From positions 34,281-98,280 of the IMG/VR virus record IMGVR_UViG_3300013947_000002: a stretch of 64,000 bases of DNA; one strand, written 5' to 3'. The stretch's first letter is position 1, and every line of letters begins with the position of its first letter. Below the pieces are notes generated by a model. It had not been told where the DNA came from. It worked only from the letters and a program-made list of their open reading frames with translations, and ran no database searches. This DNA is from a virus. Shown one piece after another: positions 63,769-64,000 of the stretch. The translations under genes were made by a program, and so were the position numbers.

Positions 63769-63969
63769 TCATCCCTTATTTGCCAGTTTGTCCATCAGGT
63801 CTTTGTTGTATTTATATGTATCTAACCAAGCAACCGTAGCATCAGTAAATCCAAAGCGGGACTTTACTTTTGCTTTATTTGCCTCGTGCTTGCTGTCAAC
63901 CTCTGTCTTCTCTGCTTTAGCGCCATCGTTAAGCACCATTACAGTATGGCGGCTTTCATTGACTAGCAC
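63769..63969 (-). CDS. hypothetical protein
   Basis: GTG-started ORF. A stop lies just upstream in frame. Confidence 0.35.
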   Translation of the reverse strand: MLVNESRHTVMVLNDGAKAEKTEVDSKHEANKAKVKSRFGFTDATVAWLDTYKYNKDLMDKLANKG

Positions 63970-64000
63970 GTCGCCACGTCTTAGATAATCAGACGATGTC

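Noticed and set aside
1-64000. Genome-wide stop-codon reassignment (as in some gut phages)
   Set aside because: TAA, TAG and TGA all terminate well-defined genes at expected lengths, and the long late genes are uninterrupted. Only four isolated in-frame stops were seen. The one tRNA-like gene reads AUA, not a stop codon.

Overview
The window reads as the early, replication and nucleotide-metabolism region of a large tailed phage or prophage of a low-GC Gram-positive host, flanked by two leftward-transcribed blocks. I infer the host type from the many TTGACA-17-TGnTATAAT promoters, AGGAGG ribosome-binding sites and about 40% GC. Gene content resembles SPbeta-type phages, although this is inferred from motifs only, since no database search was possible. 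The supporting genes are:
- a YonO-like single-subunit RNA polymerase (DFDGD motif) followed by HU-like genes
- a PHP-domain DnaE-like DNA polymerase III alpha, a DnaB-like helicase, a DnaG-like primase, a RecJ/DHH exonuclease and a RecD-like helicase
- five DNA methyltransferases
- class II ribonucleotide reductase (nrdJ), a ThyX-like protein, dUTPase and dCMP deaminase
- a tyrosine recombinase, a Bro-N antirepressor, and a tail-fibre/lysis block at the right end

The most notable observations are:
1. A promoter-driven, roughly 1 kb, ORF-free, helix-rich RNA at 23.5-24.6 kb. It carries an embedded tRNA-like module and lies near a tRNA-like gene, an HU gene and the integrase. It is a candidate in the GOLLD/ROOL size class or a new giant ncRNA.
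2. Four group I introns with shared P7-like cores: one in the RNA polymerase gene, two in nrdJ and one in the thyX-like gene. One nrdJ intron is only 170 nt and splits the catalytic Cys codon. Three introns carry homing-endonuclease ORFs. Two free-standing endonuclease cassettes share a promoter and a covarying three-hairpin leader.
3. A cysteine desulfurase plus PP-loop (PAPS-reductase-like) gene pair, which suggests nucleic-acid thio-modification.
4. An (AG)11 tract and a duplicated N-terminus in a Dam-type methylase.
5. A DnaA-box cluster next to a roughly 600 bp AT-rich tract.
6. A compositionally distinct island of orphan small proteins, followed by an orphan small RNA and periodic repeats.

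All functional calls rest on motifs I read in the translations and on helices traced by eye. No searches or folding programs were run.
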